From Octopus sinensis (taxonomy: Eukaryota): a stretch of DNA of 64,000 nucleotides. The notes under the pieces were generated by a model. The model was not told where the DNA came from, made no database searches, and saw only the letters and a program-made list of their open reading frames with translations. The stretch spans positions 41,974,001 through 42,038,000 of the forward strand of contig NC_043014.1 in the NCBI RefSeq assembly GCF_006345805.1. The letters run 5' to 3'. This document shows, piece by piece, positions 39,233 through 52,687 of the stretch. How positions within the stretch are numbered: the first letter of the stretch is position 1; each line of letters begins with the position of its first letter. The position numbers and the translations under genes are program-made.

Positions 39233-39656
39233 GACTGGAAAATTTCGGCAGTGATATCTATACTTATATAATTTTCAGTATACAGTAAATCTCTCGACTA
39301 TCACGGGTGTTACGTACCGAACACCTCCGCGATAAGTGAAAATCCGCGAAGTAGAAACAGTACTGTACTGAGTTTCTTTTTTTAATAATTTGCATATAAT
39401 TATTTTATCATAAATGCAAAAATAACACCACGGAGGAATCAACGTAAGCTTAAATAGCAAACCGTGATATGGAGAGAGATTGCTATATTTCACGAAAATT
39501 AGTATAATGTGGACAGGCAAAGATTTTTGAGTCGAACATAACGACCGCCGATATGCGCGAGAAAGTGATGTGTAAGAATTATACTATTAAAGTTATGATA
39601 TATCTTATTCCTGAGGTGTATAGATATTGATATAAACAAATCAAAAGAAAATATAT

Positions 39657-39691
39657 CGTTCCTGGGTGGGCTTGAACCACCAACATTTCGA

Positions 39692-39724
<33 letters not shown>

Positions 39725-39730
39725 AGAGAC
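39657..39730 (-). tRNA. trnN: tRNA-Asn(GTT) variant (C3:A70 mismatch, G31-U39)
   Basis: 74 nt, ends CAGGAACG. Confidence 0.8.
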
Positions 39731-40759
39731 AACTGAAGCTATAGTTTGTTCACAATGTATTTATTTGTTTTGCAATGAAGCCTAATTTAATAAATGGCGC
39801 ATTTATTTTATGTTTGTTTTTTAATTCTTCGATTAACCTTGGTTTAATCAAGTTTCGGTCTTATATCATTCTCTATTTCATTTTTTTTTTCTCTCTGGAC
39901 GTAATTATGTCTTTAAAATCAATAGATGCAGTTTTGTGAAATTATTTTATCAGTCAGGTGTAAAAAGGGCTACACCCTTAATTTTAACAGACCCTCCAAG
40001 ACGGTGAGGTTTCTGTCCTTGACGATCATAAAGCATGAGGTAAGGTAAGGTCAGAGAGAGACCTATTTGAGGGAGTACGATCAAAGATATTCTGGTATTA
40101 ACCATACCTTTTGAAAATCTAAAGGTACATTGTCAAGAAGTTCATCTTATTTTGAAATAGTTGGATGAAAGATTTCACAGAATCTGTTTGCTATTTCCTG
40201 GCATCTCGGGTCACCACGCAGAGGCAACCACATTGGCATGTATTGGTGAATATGTCTTTGCCAATTAGTCATAATGTGTTTGTTCTGGGTTTTAGCAATC
40301 CGGATTTCATAACTGGTTGACTTAATCTGCAGCCTTGTTTAACATAACCGCCGCCACCACCACTATCACCACCACCGCCGCCACCACCACTATCACCACC
40401 ACCGCCGCCACCACCACAATTACTATTACCACTAGTACCTTAGATGGTTTTACATTTATTGCAAGCATTTGAGTAAGGTTTCCGGCTTGAGAACATTTCC
40501 TTCCTTCTGCACAAAACCTTCCCTCCTCGATTTAACTGAAGAGAGCAGAAAAATAAAGGACATAGCTATGTGGTTAAGAAGGACGCTTAACAACCACACT
40601 GTTTCGGGTTCGATTCTATGAAGTTCAAAGAAACTATGAAGATGCTCATTGTATATTCATGCTTGTGTGTGCACGTATGTGAGTCTATATATATAGACGC
40701 CATGATAGATCGTTAGTCACGACACACATTTTTTTCTCTCCTTGTTTTTTTCTGTGTCC

Positions 40760-40795
40760 CTTTCTGTAGAAGAGCGTAGGCTCGAAACGTAAAAG
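40760..40795 (+). ncRNA. Minimal hammerhead-like motif (A6 replaced by U)
   Basis: Identical to 33478-33513; duplicated with the array unit. Confidence 0.55.
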
Positions 40796-40911
40796 ACTTT
40801 TTCTTTTCCTGAGCGTTATACTAATACATCTGTTTGTTTTCTACGCCACCTGTCTTCGTCTTTTGTTGTTGTTGTTTTTTTCATAAACTTTCCCCACATA
40901 TATATATATAT

Positions 40912-41022
<111 letters not shown>

Positions 41023-41835
41023 AGGTTTTGATTACTTTTGACATGGATCGCTAAAGAACTGTGTAATTGGAGGGATATTTAGCATGGGTATTAGAAAAGT
41101 TTCCTTATACGATTCCTAAGACTATGAACTGTTTTCATGCGACTCAATAATTGGCACTCTGTCGGATACGACAACGAGTGTTGCAATTGATCCGATCAAC
41201 GGAATAATCCGCGCCTGGAATTAATATACAAGTGGCTGAGCACTCCACAAACACGCGCATCCTTGACGTAGTTCTCGGAGAGATCCAGCGTGACACGAAT
41301 GTGAGATGGTTGGCTCTTTCAATTAGAGGCACAACTGGAGCAACGTGAAGTCAAGTTTCTTGCTTAATGACACAACGCGACGCCGGGAATCGAACTCATG
41401 ACCTTTCGATCGTGAGCCGAATTCACTAACCACTGAGCCACGCGTATTTACTCAATAGAGTTACAAGCAGGATTTTCAGTGAGAGATCTATTAAATTATA
41501 ATTGCGACGATCGGAGTTTGTTATTAATTGGTATTGTACTATTGTGAGTGTACTCATGTGATTAGCTATTGATAGAGTCAAACCGGTGCGTGCACATATA
41601 GTAACGAGAGTGTCTGATTGGCTAGATTTTGAGAAGTTGGTGTATAGGGAGTGCGTGAAGCATTTCATAGTTCAATGATAAGATAAACAATGTTAGGATA
41701 CTGATGTAGGGAAATCTATTATTTATTTTATGTCGATTTTTTTATATTATCATTTATATATATTTCCTCTTCAGATTAGAATACATGTTTAAAAGTTGTG
41801 ATACGAAAGTCCAAAAGTAAAATATCAAATGCCAC

Positions 41836-41852
41836 CGTCCCTGGGTGGATTC

Positions 41853-41893
<41 letters not shown>

Positions 41894-41909
41894 GTTGCGC
41901 CACAGAGAC
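41836..41909 (-). tRNA. trnN: tRNA-Asn(GTT)
   Basis: Intact; C16/TTCGAAT variant shared with 45886 and 56828. Confidence 0.95.
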
Positions 41910-42448
41910 AGCTGCTGGTAATGTCCCTCACTAAGGTATTTAATTGTTTTGAAAATTTAGCAAAGTTTAATTAGATTTCTAAAGTATGAAAGGCACGAAG
42001 TCCCTTATCAGCTGGTTAGCGCGTGACTGGAAAATTTCGGCAGTGATATCTGTACTTATATAAGTTTCAGTATACAGTAATCTCTCGACTATCACGGGTG
42101 TCACGTTCCAAACTCCTCCGCGATAAGTGAAAATCCGCGAAGTAGAAACAGTACTGTACTGTATTTCTTTTTTTAATAATTTGCATATATTTATTTTATC
42201 ATAAATGCAAAATAACACTACGGAGGAATCGACGTACGCTTAAATAACAAACCGCGATATGGCGAGGGATTGCTATATTTCACGAAAATTAATATAATGA
42301 GGACAGGCAAAGATTTTTGAGTCGAACATAACGACCACCAATATGCGCGAGAAAGTGATGTGTATGAATTATACTAGTAAAAATGAAGATATGTCTTATT
42401 CCCTGAGGTGTATAGATATTGATATAAATAAATCAAAAGGAAGTACAT

Positions 42449-42455
42449 CGTCCCT

Positions 42456-42503
<48 letters not shown>
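42449..42503 (-). pseudogene. trnN: tRNA-Asn lacking the first 19 nt
   Basis: Match stops at TTAG; junction joins to upstream flank sequence. Confidence 0.85.
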
Positions 42504-42605
42504 TTTAATTAGATTTTCTTCTGTACGGAAGGCAGAAATTGATAAGTAACAGAAATGAGCTGGGAAAGAAGTTAAACTAATAAATTGGTATATATGCATG
42601 AAACC

Positions 42606-42843
42606 AATACCTATTTCTTTATTACCCACAAGGGGCTAAACATAGAGGGGACAAACAAGGACAGACAAAGGGATAAAGTCGATTACATCGACCCCAGTGC
42701 GTGACTGGTACTTAATTTATCAACCCCGAAAGGATGAAAGCCAAAGTCGACCTCGGCGGAATTTGAACTCACAACGTACCGGCAGACGAAATACCGCAAA
42801 GCATTTCGCCCGGCGTGCTAACGTTTCTGCCAGCTCGCCGCCT
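42606..42843 (-). mobile_element. SINE family B, full length, in the hinge between the two tRNA arms
   Basis: Reverse complement of 29027-29259. Confidence 0.85.
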
Positions 42844-43605
42844 TGCTGGTCAAGATACCGTCCAGTATGGCCATGTACTAGCGACGAAAACTAGTAAAAT
42901 AGTAAAACAAGTAGCAAGAAAACCCAGTAGAGTCTACGGAAATTCCTGAAATACGTGGTTTATTTAACTCATGCAAATATAAATGTCCTTCAGAGACCAA
43001 ATCCTGCTTTCTGACCGGGTAAAAATTATTAAACTTTAAACTTTTGTATCAATAGCTAGTTTTAATTTCTTTTTTCTGGAACAAATGAATTAGATCCTGA
43101 GATTCAGCGTAAAAAATTACATCAATACACCAAATTTTGAAAACTTTCAATTAATTTTTAAAATTTCAAAAAGTGCAGCCAGTCCTTAACTGGTTCATAT
43201 TTCATTAACCCCAAAAGGATGAAAGGTAAAGTCGACCTCGGTGGAATTCGAACTCAGGACGTAAAGACGAACGAAATGCCGCTACGCATTTTCTCCGGCA
43301 CAGTTAACGTATCTGGCAGCTCACCGCCTTAATCTAGAGCAGTGTTGTTAGAGTTTATGTGCAATAAATTGCTTATACTTCAACAGTACACAAAATATCT
43401 TAATTTTTTTTTGTTATAATTCCTAGTAATAATTAATTATAATAATATAACAGGAATTTTTAACTATCAAATGGCTAGGAAGGGTCAATCCGAGTAAAAC
43501 AGAAAACAACGGGGTCCATAGGTAAAAGCAGATAGCTGAGACACACTAATTAGGATTTATGATAAACTCAAATAAGTACCTTGTTGATAAGGGCTGTCAG
43601 CAGTT

Positions 43606-43611
43606 GTCTCT

Positions 43612-43672
<61 letters not shown>

Positions 43673-43679
43673 AGGGACG
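43606..43679 (+). tRNA. trnN: tRNA-Asn(GTT)
   Basis: Intact; oligo-T downstream. Confidence 0.95.
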
Positions 43680-43996
43680 AGGCATTTTTTTTTAATATGA
43701 TCTTGCTTTACGGATCGAAAGAAACTTATACTTACCGTCTCAGTTAAATTCGCACATAACGCTTTCCTGCGAAATATAGTCATATTGTAAGTAATTAAGA
43801 GAATTATGCTATTATTATGACGTGATAGTAATAGAAATAATTAACAATCGAACGTAAAGTCTCTTGTATATAGATTCTTTTATTCTTTTACTTGCTTCAA
43901 TCATTTGACTGTGACCATACTGGAGTACCGCCTTAAAGCTTTTTTCTTTTTTTAGTCGAAGAAATCGACCCCAGGACTTCATCTCTGTAAAAAAAC

Positions 43997-44240
43997 GTTT
44001 CCTTCTCGAACCATGCCACTCTAACGTTCTGGTTTCAGTGGGGTAGAAATTCCCCACCTGGATGGGACTCCGATCCGTTTCAAGATTACTCATTTTTGCC
44101 AGCTGAGTGGACTGGAGCAACGTGAAATGATGTGTTTTGCTCAAGAACACAACGCATCACCCGGTCCATGAATCGAAACCACAATCTTACGATCATAGGT
44201 CCCACACCCTAACCACTAAGCGACGCGCCCGCGCCTCCGC
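43997..44240 (-). mobile_element. SINE family D
   Basis: Reverse complement resembles 32273; duplicated at 50691-50945 and 54934-55187. Confidence 0.8.
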
Positions 44241-44386
44241 TATTCTTTGTATATCTAGTACTTATTCTATTGGTGACTTTTGCTAAACCGTTAAGTTACG
44301 GGGACACCAACATCGATTGCCAAGCGACGGCAGGGGGACAAATATAGACGCAAAGACACACAGACACACGAATAATTAATTACATA

Positions 44387-44780
44387 TAAGTAGCTTGCTT
44401 ATCAACCACATGGTTCCGGGTTCAGTCCCATTGCGTGGTACCTTGGGTAAGTGTTTTCTGTTATAGCCTCGGGCCGACCAATGCCTTGTGAGTGGATTTG
44501 GTAGACGGAAACTGAAAGAAGCCTGTCGTATATATGTATATGTATATATATATATGCATGTGCGTGTATATGTTGGTGTGTCTGTGTTTGTCCCCCTAGC
44601 ATTGCTTGACAACCGATGCTGGTGTGTTTACGTCCCCGTAACTTAGCGGTTCGGCAAAAGAGACCGATAGAATAAGTACTGGTCTTACGAAGAATAAGTC
44701 CCGGGGTCGATTTGCTCGACTAAAGGCGGTGCTCCAGCATGGCCGCAGTCAAATGACTGAAACAAGTAAAAGAGTAAAGA
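44387..44780 (+). mobile_element. SINE family A, 5'-truncated (duplicate at 55334-55726)
   Basis: Matches 26078-26525. Confidence 0.8.
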
Positions 44781-45064
44781 GTATACAAATTATTAAAAAA
44801 AGAAGTACAGAACAGTACTGTTTCTACTTCGCGGATTTTCACTTATCGCGGAGGTGTTTGGAACGTAACACCCGTGATAGTGGAGAGATTTATTGTATAC
44901 TGAAAATTATATAAGTATAGATATCACTGCCGAAATTTTCCCGTCACGCGCTAACCAGCTGATAACGAACGGATTTCGAGCCTCTCATAATTTAGAAAAT
45001 CTAATTAAGCTTTGCTAAATTTCAAAACAATTAAATACCTTAGTGAGGGACATTACCAAATGGT

Positions 45065-45073
45065 GTCTCTGTA

Positions 45074-45121
<48 letters not shown>

Positions 45122-45138
45122 GAATCCACCCAGGGACG
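45065..45138 (+). tRNA. trnN: tRNA-Asn(GTT), A9 variant
   Basis: Stems intact. Confidence 0.9.
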
Positions 45139-45285
45139 ATCGTATTTGATATCTTAATTTTGGCCTTTCGTATCACAATTTCTGTTACTTATCAATTTCT
45201 GCCTTCCGTACATAAGAAAATCTAATTAAATTAGGCTTCATTGCAAAACAAATAATTACGTTGTGAACAAACTCCGTTATCAGTT

Positions 45286-45291
45286 GTCTCT

Positions 45292-45352
<61 letters not shown>

Positions 45353-45359
45353 AGGGACG
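45286..45359 (+). tRNA. trnN: tRNA-Asn(GTT)
   Basis: Intact. Confidence 0.95.
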
Positions 45360-45885
45360 TTGTACTTTCTTTTGATTTATTTATATCAATATCTATACAC
45401 CTCAGGGAATAAGATATATCTTCACTTTAATAGTATAATTCTTACACATCACTTTCTTGCGCATAATGGTTCAACTCAAAAATCTTTGCCCGTCCACATT
45501 ATACTAATTTTCGTGAAATATATCAATCTCTCTCCATAACACGTTTTGTTATTTAAGCTTACGTCGATTCCTCAGTGGTGTTATTTTGCATTTATGATAA
45601 AATAAATATATACAAATTATTAAAAAAAGAAATTCAGTATAGTACTGTTTCTACTTCGCGGGTTTTCACTTATCGCGAATGTGTTTGGAACGTAACACTC
45701 GTGACAGTCGAGAGATCACTGTATACTGAAAATTATATAAGTATAGATATCACTGCCGAAATTTCCCAGTCACGCGCTAACCAGCTGATAACGGACTTCG
45801 GGCCTCTCATACTTTAGAAAGCTAATTAAACATTGCTAACTTTCAAAACAATTAAATACCTTAGTGAGGGAAGTTACCAGCAGCT

Positions 45886-45901
45886 GTCTCTGTGGCGCAA
45901 C

Positions 45902-45942
<41 letters not shown>

Positions 45943-45959
45943 GAATCCACCCAGGGACG
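45886..45959 (+). tRNA. trnN: tRNA-Asn(GTT)
   Basis: Intact. Confidence 0.95.
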
Positions 45960-46162
45960 GTAGTATTTTTGATATTTTACTTTTGGACTTTCGTATCACA
46001 ATTTTGAACGTATATTCTAATCTGAAGAGGAAATATATAATATAATAATAATATAAAAAAAACGACTTAAAATAAATAATAGATTTCCCTACATCAGTAC
46101 CCTAACATTGTTTATCGTATCATTGAACTCTGAAATTATATATAGATACACGCACACATACA

Positions 46163-46205
<43 letters not shown>

Positions 46206-46337
46206 TATATATATATATTATATATATATATGACTGAATGGTGTTCATAAACACAGCTACCTTGTACATTAAAAGATAATAATCAATGCTATTACTTTGA
46301 TCAAATTTAAATATATTTTTTTAAGTAGTTTATTATA

Positions 46338-46500
46338 GGCGCAGGATTGCTTGTGTGGTAAGTAGCTTGCTTACCAACCACATGATTCCGGGTTCATTCC
46401 CATTGCGTGGCACCTTGGGCAAGTGTCTTCTACTATAGCCTCGGGCCGACCAAAGTCTTGTGAGTAGATTTTGTAGACAGAAACTGAAAGAAGCCTATCG

Positions 46501-46549
<49 letters not shown>

Positions 46550-46722
46550 GTGTATGTATGTCCCCAACATCGCTTGACAAGCAATTGTGGTGTGTTTACG
46601 TCCCTGTAACTTAGCGGTTCCGCTTACAAGGCTTACAAACAATAAGTCCTGGGGTATATTTGCTCGACTAAAGGCGGTGCTTCAGCATAGCTGCAGTCAA
46701 ATGACTGAAACAAGTAAAAGAG
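46338..46722 (+). mobile_element. SINE family A (array-duplicated; paralogs 51364-51758, 57269-57662, 59733-60142)
   Basis: Same head, CORE-like segment and tail, with a shared upstream flank ttaagtagtttattata. Confidence 0.8.
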
Positions 46723-47246
46723 TGTAATACAGCTTTTCGTCCATCTTTACCTTCTGAGTCCGAATGCCACCGGGGTCGACTTTACCCTTCATCCTTTCGA
46801 GGTCGATAAAATTAGTACCAGTTAAACACTGGGGTTGATGAAATCGTCTAGCCCTCTACTTCACCGAAACTGCTGGCCTCCCGCCAAAACCCCAGAAAAT
46901 CAATTTACCTCAAAACACACAATACTCCCTGCATCTTATAATACCTAATATTTTGTCATCCTAGTTTTTGGAAATGTACTTAAAACATAAGAGTCGTAGT
47001 TGATATGAATATTTTCTTTCAAAGAAAACTCACGACACCTTTAAATACCACCGCCCCCTATAGCGCCTCCTTGATATTTATCACATACTTGTGATCTCAC
47101 AACGACCCCTCCTGGTACGCTAGACACTCAGATTTAAGAAAACCTGGTATAAAATATCCTATAATATACCCTATTACAGTTGTTTGATTATTTAATGATT
47201 CAGAAATTGTTTTAACATAACAAAATGAGCTGGAATATATAAGATA

Positions 47247-47650
47247 CTAGCAGTATCGCCCGGCGTTGCTCGGGTTTGTAAGGGAAATAACTATATAAGC
47301 ATTTTAGAGAGTTATATAGCCAAAAAAAATAGCAAAAAAAAAATGCATTAAAAATTGAAAAAAAAATTATGGTAAATTTTTTTTTAAATCGTTGACTCAT
47401 CGTAGACATTTTTAGAGAGTTACTTCCCTTATATAATAGCGAAAAAACGAATTAAAATGGAAAAAAATGATGGTAAATATTTTTAAAATCGTAGACTCAT
47501 CGTAGACACGTGCTAATACCCAGAAGGGCTCGATATGAATCACGACTATAAGATACCCGCTTTTGGTTACACTGCACCGCAAAATGTGGGAGTAGTTAGG
47601 AATCTAAATCGTAGGAGACAGACACACAACTTGACTTTTATATATAAAGA
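47247..47650 (-). mobile_element. Non-autonomous Helitron-like element (second subfamily)
   Basis: CTAG plus hairpin at the left end; inserted in aagata|t; empty site at 60989/60990. Confidence 0.8.
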
Positions 47651-47930
47651 TATATTTTTAGAGATTTTCCGAGACAGTGAAATTGCCCAGGGGCGCCATG
47701 GTTGTATTGTCCTAATGTTAATATCTGTATGCTGTGGTTCTGTATGCGCAGTTTTATTCGAAGGTCTATAATACGGGTAAGACTTCATATAAATTCCTTT
47801 ACTAAAGTCATTTCTCAGCTTATTCTTATTGCTTATCAATTCCAGGCTTCCATATATAACCAAATTAAATCAATCTAGGCTATATAATAAACACAAATGA
47901 ATACTTTGTTGAAAAAGACTTCTGTCAGTT

Positions 47931-47936
47931 GTCTCT

Positions 47937-47990
<54 letters not shown>

Positions 47991-48004
47991 TCCACCCAGG
48001 GACG
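47931..48004 (+). tRNA. trnN: tRNA-Asn(GTT)
   Basis: Intact. Confidence 0.95.
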
Positions 48005-48012
48005 GGTGAATC

Positions 48013-48020
48013 TTTTTTTT
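48013..48020 (+). terminator. Pol III oligo-T terminator (representative; most copies have one within ~25 nt)
   Basis: T8 run 9 nt after the tRNA. Confidence 0.8.
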
Positions 48021-48375
48021 CAAAAGACGCTGAATTTTGTCAAATCTATCTTTAATATAGATTTTTTTGCATTCCCCTCTTAATATAAAATTATTTAAAT
48101 GTCAATGTAAATAAAACACGGATAATTTTTTTTTTAATTAAAGATTAATGATATAAGGGCCAAAGAAAAATAAATAAACGTTACTTCTTACTATTGATTC
48201 TGCTTTCGTCTCTTATAGAGATTTTCGTAACGAGCTAATTTACTTGTTGAAATACTAAATAGTACCGCATCAAACTCGTATTTATCATTTTCAGCCTTCC
48301 ATACTTAACATGGACTACTTAAAGCTTTCACTTCTTTACAAATAAAAACAGTCTGCGCATGAACATCGGTCAGCA

Positions 48376-48381
48376 GTCTCT

Positions 48382-48421
<40 letters not shown>

Positions 48422-48449
48422 ATTAGTGGTTCAAGTCCACTCAGGGACG
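48376..48449 (+). tRNA. trnN: tRNA-Asn(GTT), A49-U65 isodecoder
   Basis: T stem AGTGG/CCACT. Confidence 0.93.
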
Positions 48450-48840
48450 GAGAAGAATCTTTTTTTTTTTTTACAAAATATTTAACTTTGTCAAATCTGT
48501 TTCCAATATAAATTTTTTTTGTCAATTCCGTCTTTGTTAGTATAAGATTACTTGAATGTAAAATTAAATGAAACATGAATAGAATTTGTTTTTTAATTTG
48601 TAGATTAATGATATAAGGGTAAAAAAATAAAGATGGACAAATGTTATTTCTCCGAATTGATGCTGCCTTCGTCTCTTATAGAGATTTTCTTAAAGACCTA
48701 ATTTGCTTGTTGAAATACCAAATTGTTTCGTATCAGACTCGTACTTATGATTTTCAGCCTTCCATACTTACCGTAACCTACTTAAAGCTTTCACTGCTTT
48801 AGAAATTAAAATTGTCTACCGATATTATGGCATGTCATCT

Positions 48841-48846
48841 GTCTCT

Positions 48847-48907
<61 letters not shown>

Positions 48908-48914
48908 AGGGACG
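48841..48914 (+). tRNA. trnN: tRNA-Asn(GTT)
   Basis: Intact. Confidence 0.95.
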
Positions 48915-49401
48915 TTTTCATTTTGTCAAATCTGTTTCCAATATATATTTCTGTCACTCTCGTCTTTGTTAATATAAGATTAGTTAAATGTAAAGTTTAA
49001 CTAAAACATAGTTAGAAATTTAAAAGAATGACAGATAAACGTTGTTTCTCAGCTCAATTTTTTTTCAACTACTCACTAAAGAAGGAACTGACTCGATGTC
49101 TAGAGTGTCCCTTTGAACCTTTAAGACGACTGCAGCTTCGATATCATATATATACCTTCATTAGTTCACGTTAATTCTCACCCTTGGCTAGTTATAAATT
49201 CCTGCCTTCCATACATGAGAAACCCAAACTAAACTTAACTACATTGATATGCGAAGTATATAAATTCCTTTATTAAAGTCATTTCTCAGCTCATTCTCAT
49301 TACTTATCAATTCCAGGCTTCCATATATGACCAAATAAAATCAATCTTGGCTATATAATAAACACAAATGAATACTTCGTTGAAAAAGCTTTCCGTCAGT
49401 T

Positions 49402-49418
49402 GTCTCTGTGGCGCAATA

Positions 49419-49468
<50 letters not shown>

Positions 49469-49475
49469 AGGGACG
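49402..49475 (+). tRNA. trnN: tRNA-Asn(GTT), D-loop variant AATAGG
   Basis: Stems intact. Confidence 0.9.
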
Positions 49476-49837
49476 AGTGAAGCATTTTTTTCAAAAGACG
49501 CTGAATTTTGTCAAATCTATCTTTAATATAGATTTTTTTAATTTGCATTCCCGTCTTAATATAAAATTATTTAAATGTCAATGTAAATAAAACACGGATA
49601 ACTTTTTTTTTTAATTAAAGATTAATGATATAAGAGCCAAAGAAAAATAAATAAACGTTACTTCTCACCATTGATTCTGCTAACTTTTCTTATAGAGATT
49701 TTCGTAACGAGCGAACTTGTTGAAATACTAAATAGTATCGCATCAAACTCGTATTTATCATTTTCAGCCTTCCATACTTATCATGGCCTACTTAAAAATT
49801 TCACTTCTTTACAAATGCGCAAGAATTTCTGTCAGCT

Positions 49838-49843
49838 GTCTCT

Positions 49844-49886
<43 letters not shown>

Positions 49887-49911
49887 AGTGGTTCAAGTCC
49901 ACTCAGGGACG
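49838..49911 (+). tRNA. trnN: tRNA-Asn(GTT), A49-U65 isodecoder
   Basis: T stem AGTGG/CCACT. Confidence 0.93.
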
Positions 49912-50300
49912 GAAAGAAGATTTTTTTTTTTTACAAAATATTTAACTTTGTCAAATCTGTTTCCAATATAGATTATTTTTGTCAATCACGTCTTTGTTAG
50001 TATAAGATTACTTGAATGTAAAATTAAATGAAACATGAATAGAGTTTTTTTTTTTAATTTGTAGATTAATGATATAAGGATAAAAAAAAAAGATGGGCAA
50101 ATGTTATTTCTTCGAATTGATGCTGCCTTCGTCTTTTATAGAGATTTTCTTAAAGACCTAATTTGCTTGTTGAAATACCAAATTGTTTCGTATCAGACTC
50201 GTACTTATCATTTTCAGCCTTCCATACTTACCGTAACCTACTTAGAGCTTTCACTGCTTTAGAAAATAAAATCGTCTGCAGATAATACAGAATGTCATCT

Positions 50301-50306
50301 GTCTCT

Positions 50307-50346
<40 letters not shown>

Positions 50347-50374
50347 ATTGGTGGTTCAAGCCAACCCAGGGATG
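50301..50374 (+). pseudogene. trnN: tRNA-Asn with T-stem mismatch (G52:A62) and G1-U72
   Basis: ...TTCAAGCCAACCCAGGGATG. Confidence 0.7.
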
Positions 50375-51526
50375 AGGGTTTTTTTTTTTTAATATGATCC
50401 TGCTTTACGGATCGAAAGAAACTTGTGCTTACCGTCTCAGTTAAATGAGCACAACGCTTTCCTGCGAAATATTGTCATAATTTAAGTAATTAAGAGAATT
50501 ATGCTATTATTATGACGTCGTAGTAATAGAAACAATTAACAATCGAACGTAAAGTCTCTTGTGTATAGATTCTTCTATTCTTCTACTTGTTTCAATCATT
50601 TGACTGCGACCATACTGGAGCACCGCCTTATAGCTTTTTCCTTTTTTTAGTCGAAGAAATCGACCCCAGGACTTCATCTCTGTAAAAAAAGTTTCCTTCT
50701 CGAACCATGCCAGTCTAATAGGGGCCGGTTTTCCGGTTTCAGTGGCGTAAGAATTTCCCTACCTGGACGGGACTGCGATCCGTTTCAAGATTACTCATTT
50801 TTGCCAGCTGAGTGGACTGGAGCAACGCGAAATGGTGTGTTTTGCGAAAGAACACAACGCATCACCCGGTCCATGAATCGAAACCATAATCTTACGATCA
50901 TAAGTCCCACACGCTAATCCATAAGCCACGCGCCCGCGCCTCCGCTATTCTTTGTATATCTAGTACTTATTCGATTGGTGACTTTTGCTAAAGCGTTAAG
51001 GTACGGGGACACCATCATCGATTGCCAAGCAATGGCAGAGGGACAAATATAGACGCAAAGACACACAGACACACACATAAATATATACATATAAGTAGCT
51101 TGCTTATCAGCCACATGGTTCCAGGTTCAGTCCCATTGCGTGGCACCTTGGGTAAGTGTCTTCTCTTTTAGCCTCGGGCCGACCAAAGCTTTGTGAGTGG
51201 ATTTGGGAGACGGAAACTGAGAGAAGCCCGTCTTATATATATATATATACACACGCACACATATATGGCGTTCATAGACGCAGGCAACTTGTACATTAAA
51301 AAATAATAATCAATGCTATTACTTTGATCAAATTTAAATATATTTTTTAAGTAGTTTATTATAGGCGCAGGAGTGGCTGTGTGGGAAGTAGCTTGCTTAC
51401 CAACCACATGGTTCCGGTTTCATTTCCATTGCATGGCACCTTGGGCAAGTGTCTTCTACTATAGCCTCGGGCCGACCACAGTCTTGTGAGTGGATTTTGT
51501 AGACAGAAACTGAAAGAAGCCTGTCG

Positions 51527-51557
<31 letters not shown>

Positions 51558-52179
51558 CTGTGTGTGTGTGTGTGTGTGTATATATATGTATGTGTTTCTG
51601 TACCCCTCCAACATCGCTTGACAACCAATGTTGGTCCCTTTGATTTAGCGGTTCGGCTTACTAGGCTTACAACGAATAAGTCTTGCGGTCGATTTGCTCG
51701 ACTAAAGGCGGTACTCCAGCATAGCCGCAGTCAAATGACTGAAACAAGTAAAAGAGAGTATTATCCATATTTTCTTACACTACCTATTCTGTATGTGACT
51801 GCTTTTAAATATTTCCGCAGGTCAGAACAGCTCAATTTTTTTTCAACTACTCACTAAAGAAGGAACTGACTCGATGTCTAGAGTGTCCCTTTGAACCTTT
51901 AAGACGACTGCAGCCACGATATCATATATATACCTTCATTAGTTCACGTTAATTCTCACCCTTGGCTAGTTATAAACTCCTGCCTTTCATACATGAGAAA
52001 CCCAAACTAAACTTAACTACATTGATATGCGAAGTATATAAATTCCTTTACTAAAGTCATTTCTCAGCTCATTCTTATTACTTATCAATTCCAGGCTTCC
52101 ATATATAACCAAATTAAATCAATTTAGGCTATATAATAAACACAAATAAATACTTCGTTGAAAAAGCCGTCCGCCAGTT

Positions 52180-52196
52180 GTCTCTGTGGCGCAATT

Positions 52197-52234
<38 letters not shown>

Positions 52235-52253
52235 GCAAGTCCACCCAGGGACG
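52180..52253 (+). pseudogene. trnN: tRNA-Asn with B-box mutation (GGTGCAAG)
   Basis: T55 changed to G. Confidence 0.7.
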
Positions 52254-52612
52254 GGTGAAGCTTTTTTTTTCAAAAGACGCTGAATTTTGTCAAATCTATC
52301 TTTAATATAGATTTTTTTGCATTCCCGTCTTAATATAAAATTATTTAAATTATTTTATATTTAAATTATTTAATTATAGATTAATGATATAAGGGCCAAA
52401 GAAAAATAAATAAACGTTACTTCTCACTATTGATTCTGCTTTCGTCTCTTATAGAGATTTTCGTAACGAGCTAATTTACTTGTTAAAAATACTAAATAGT
52501 ATCGCATCAAACTCGTATTTATCATTTTCAGCCTTCCATACTAACATGGACTACTTAAAGCTTTCACTTCTTTACAAATGAAAACAGTCTGCGCATGAAC
52601 ATGAGGTCAGCA

Positions 52613-52687
52613 GTCTCTGTGGCGCAATCGTTAGCGCGTTCGGCTGTAACCACGAAAGGTTAGTGGTTCAAGTCCACTCAGCGGACG
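52613..52687 (+). pseudogene. trnN: A49-U65-type tRNA-Asn with several indels (pseudogene or read error)
   Basis: Anticodon loop reads CTGTAAC; paralog of 48376. Confidence 0.7.
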
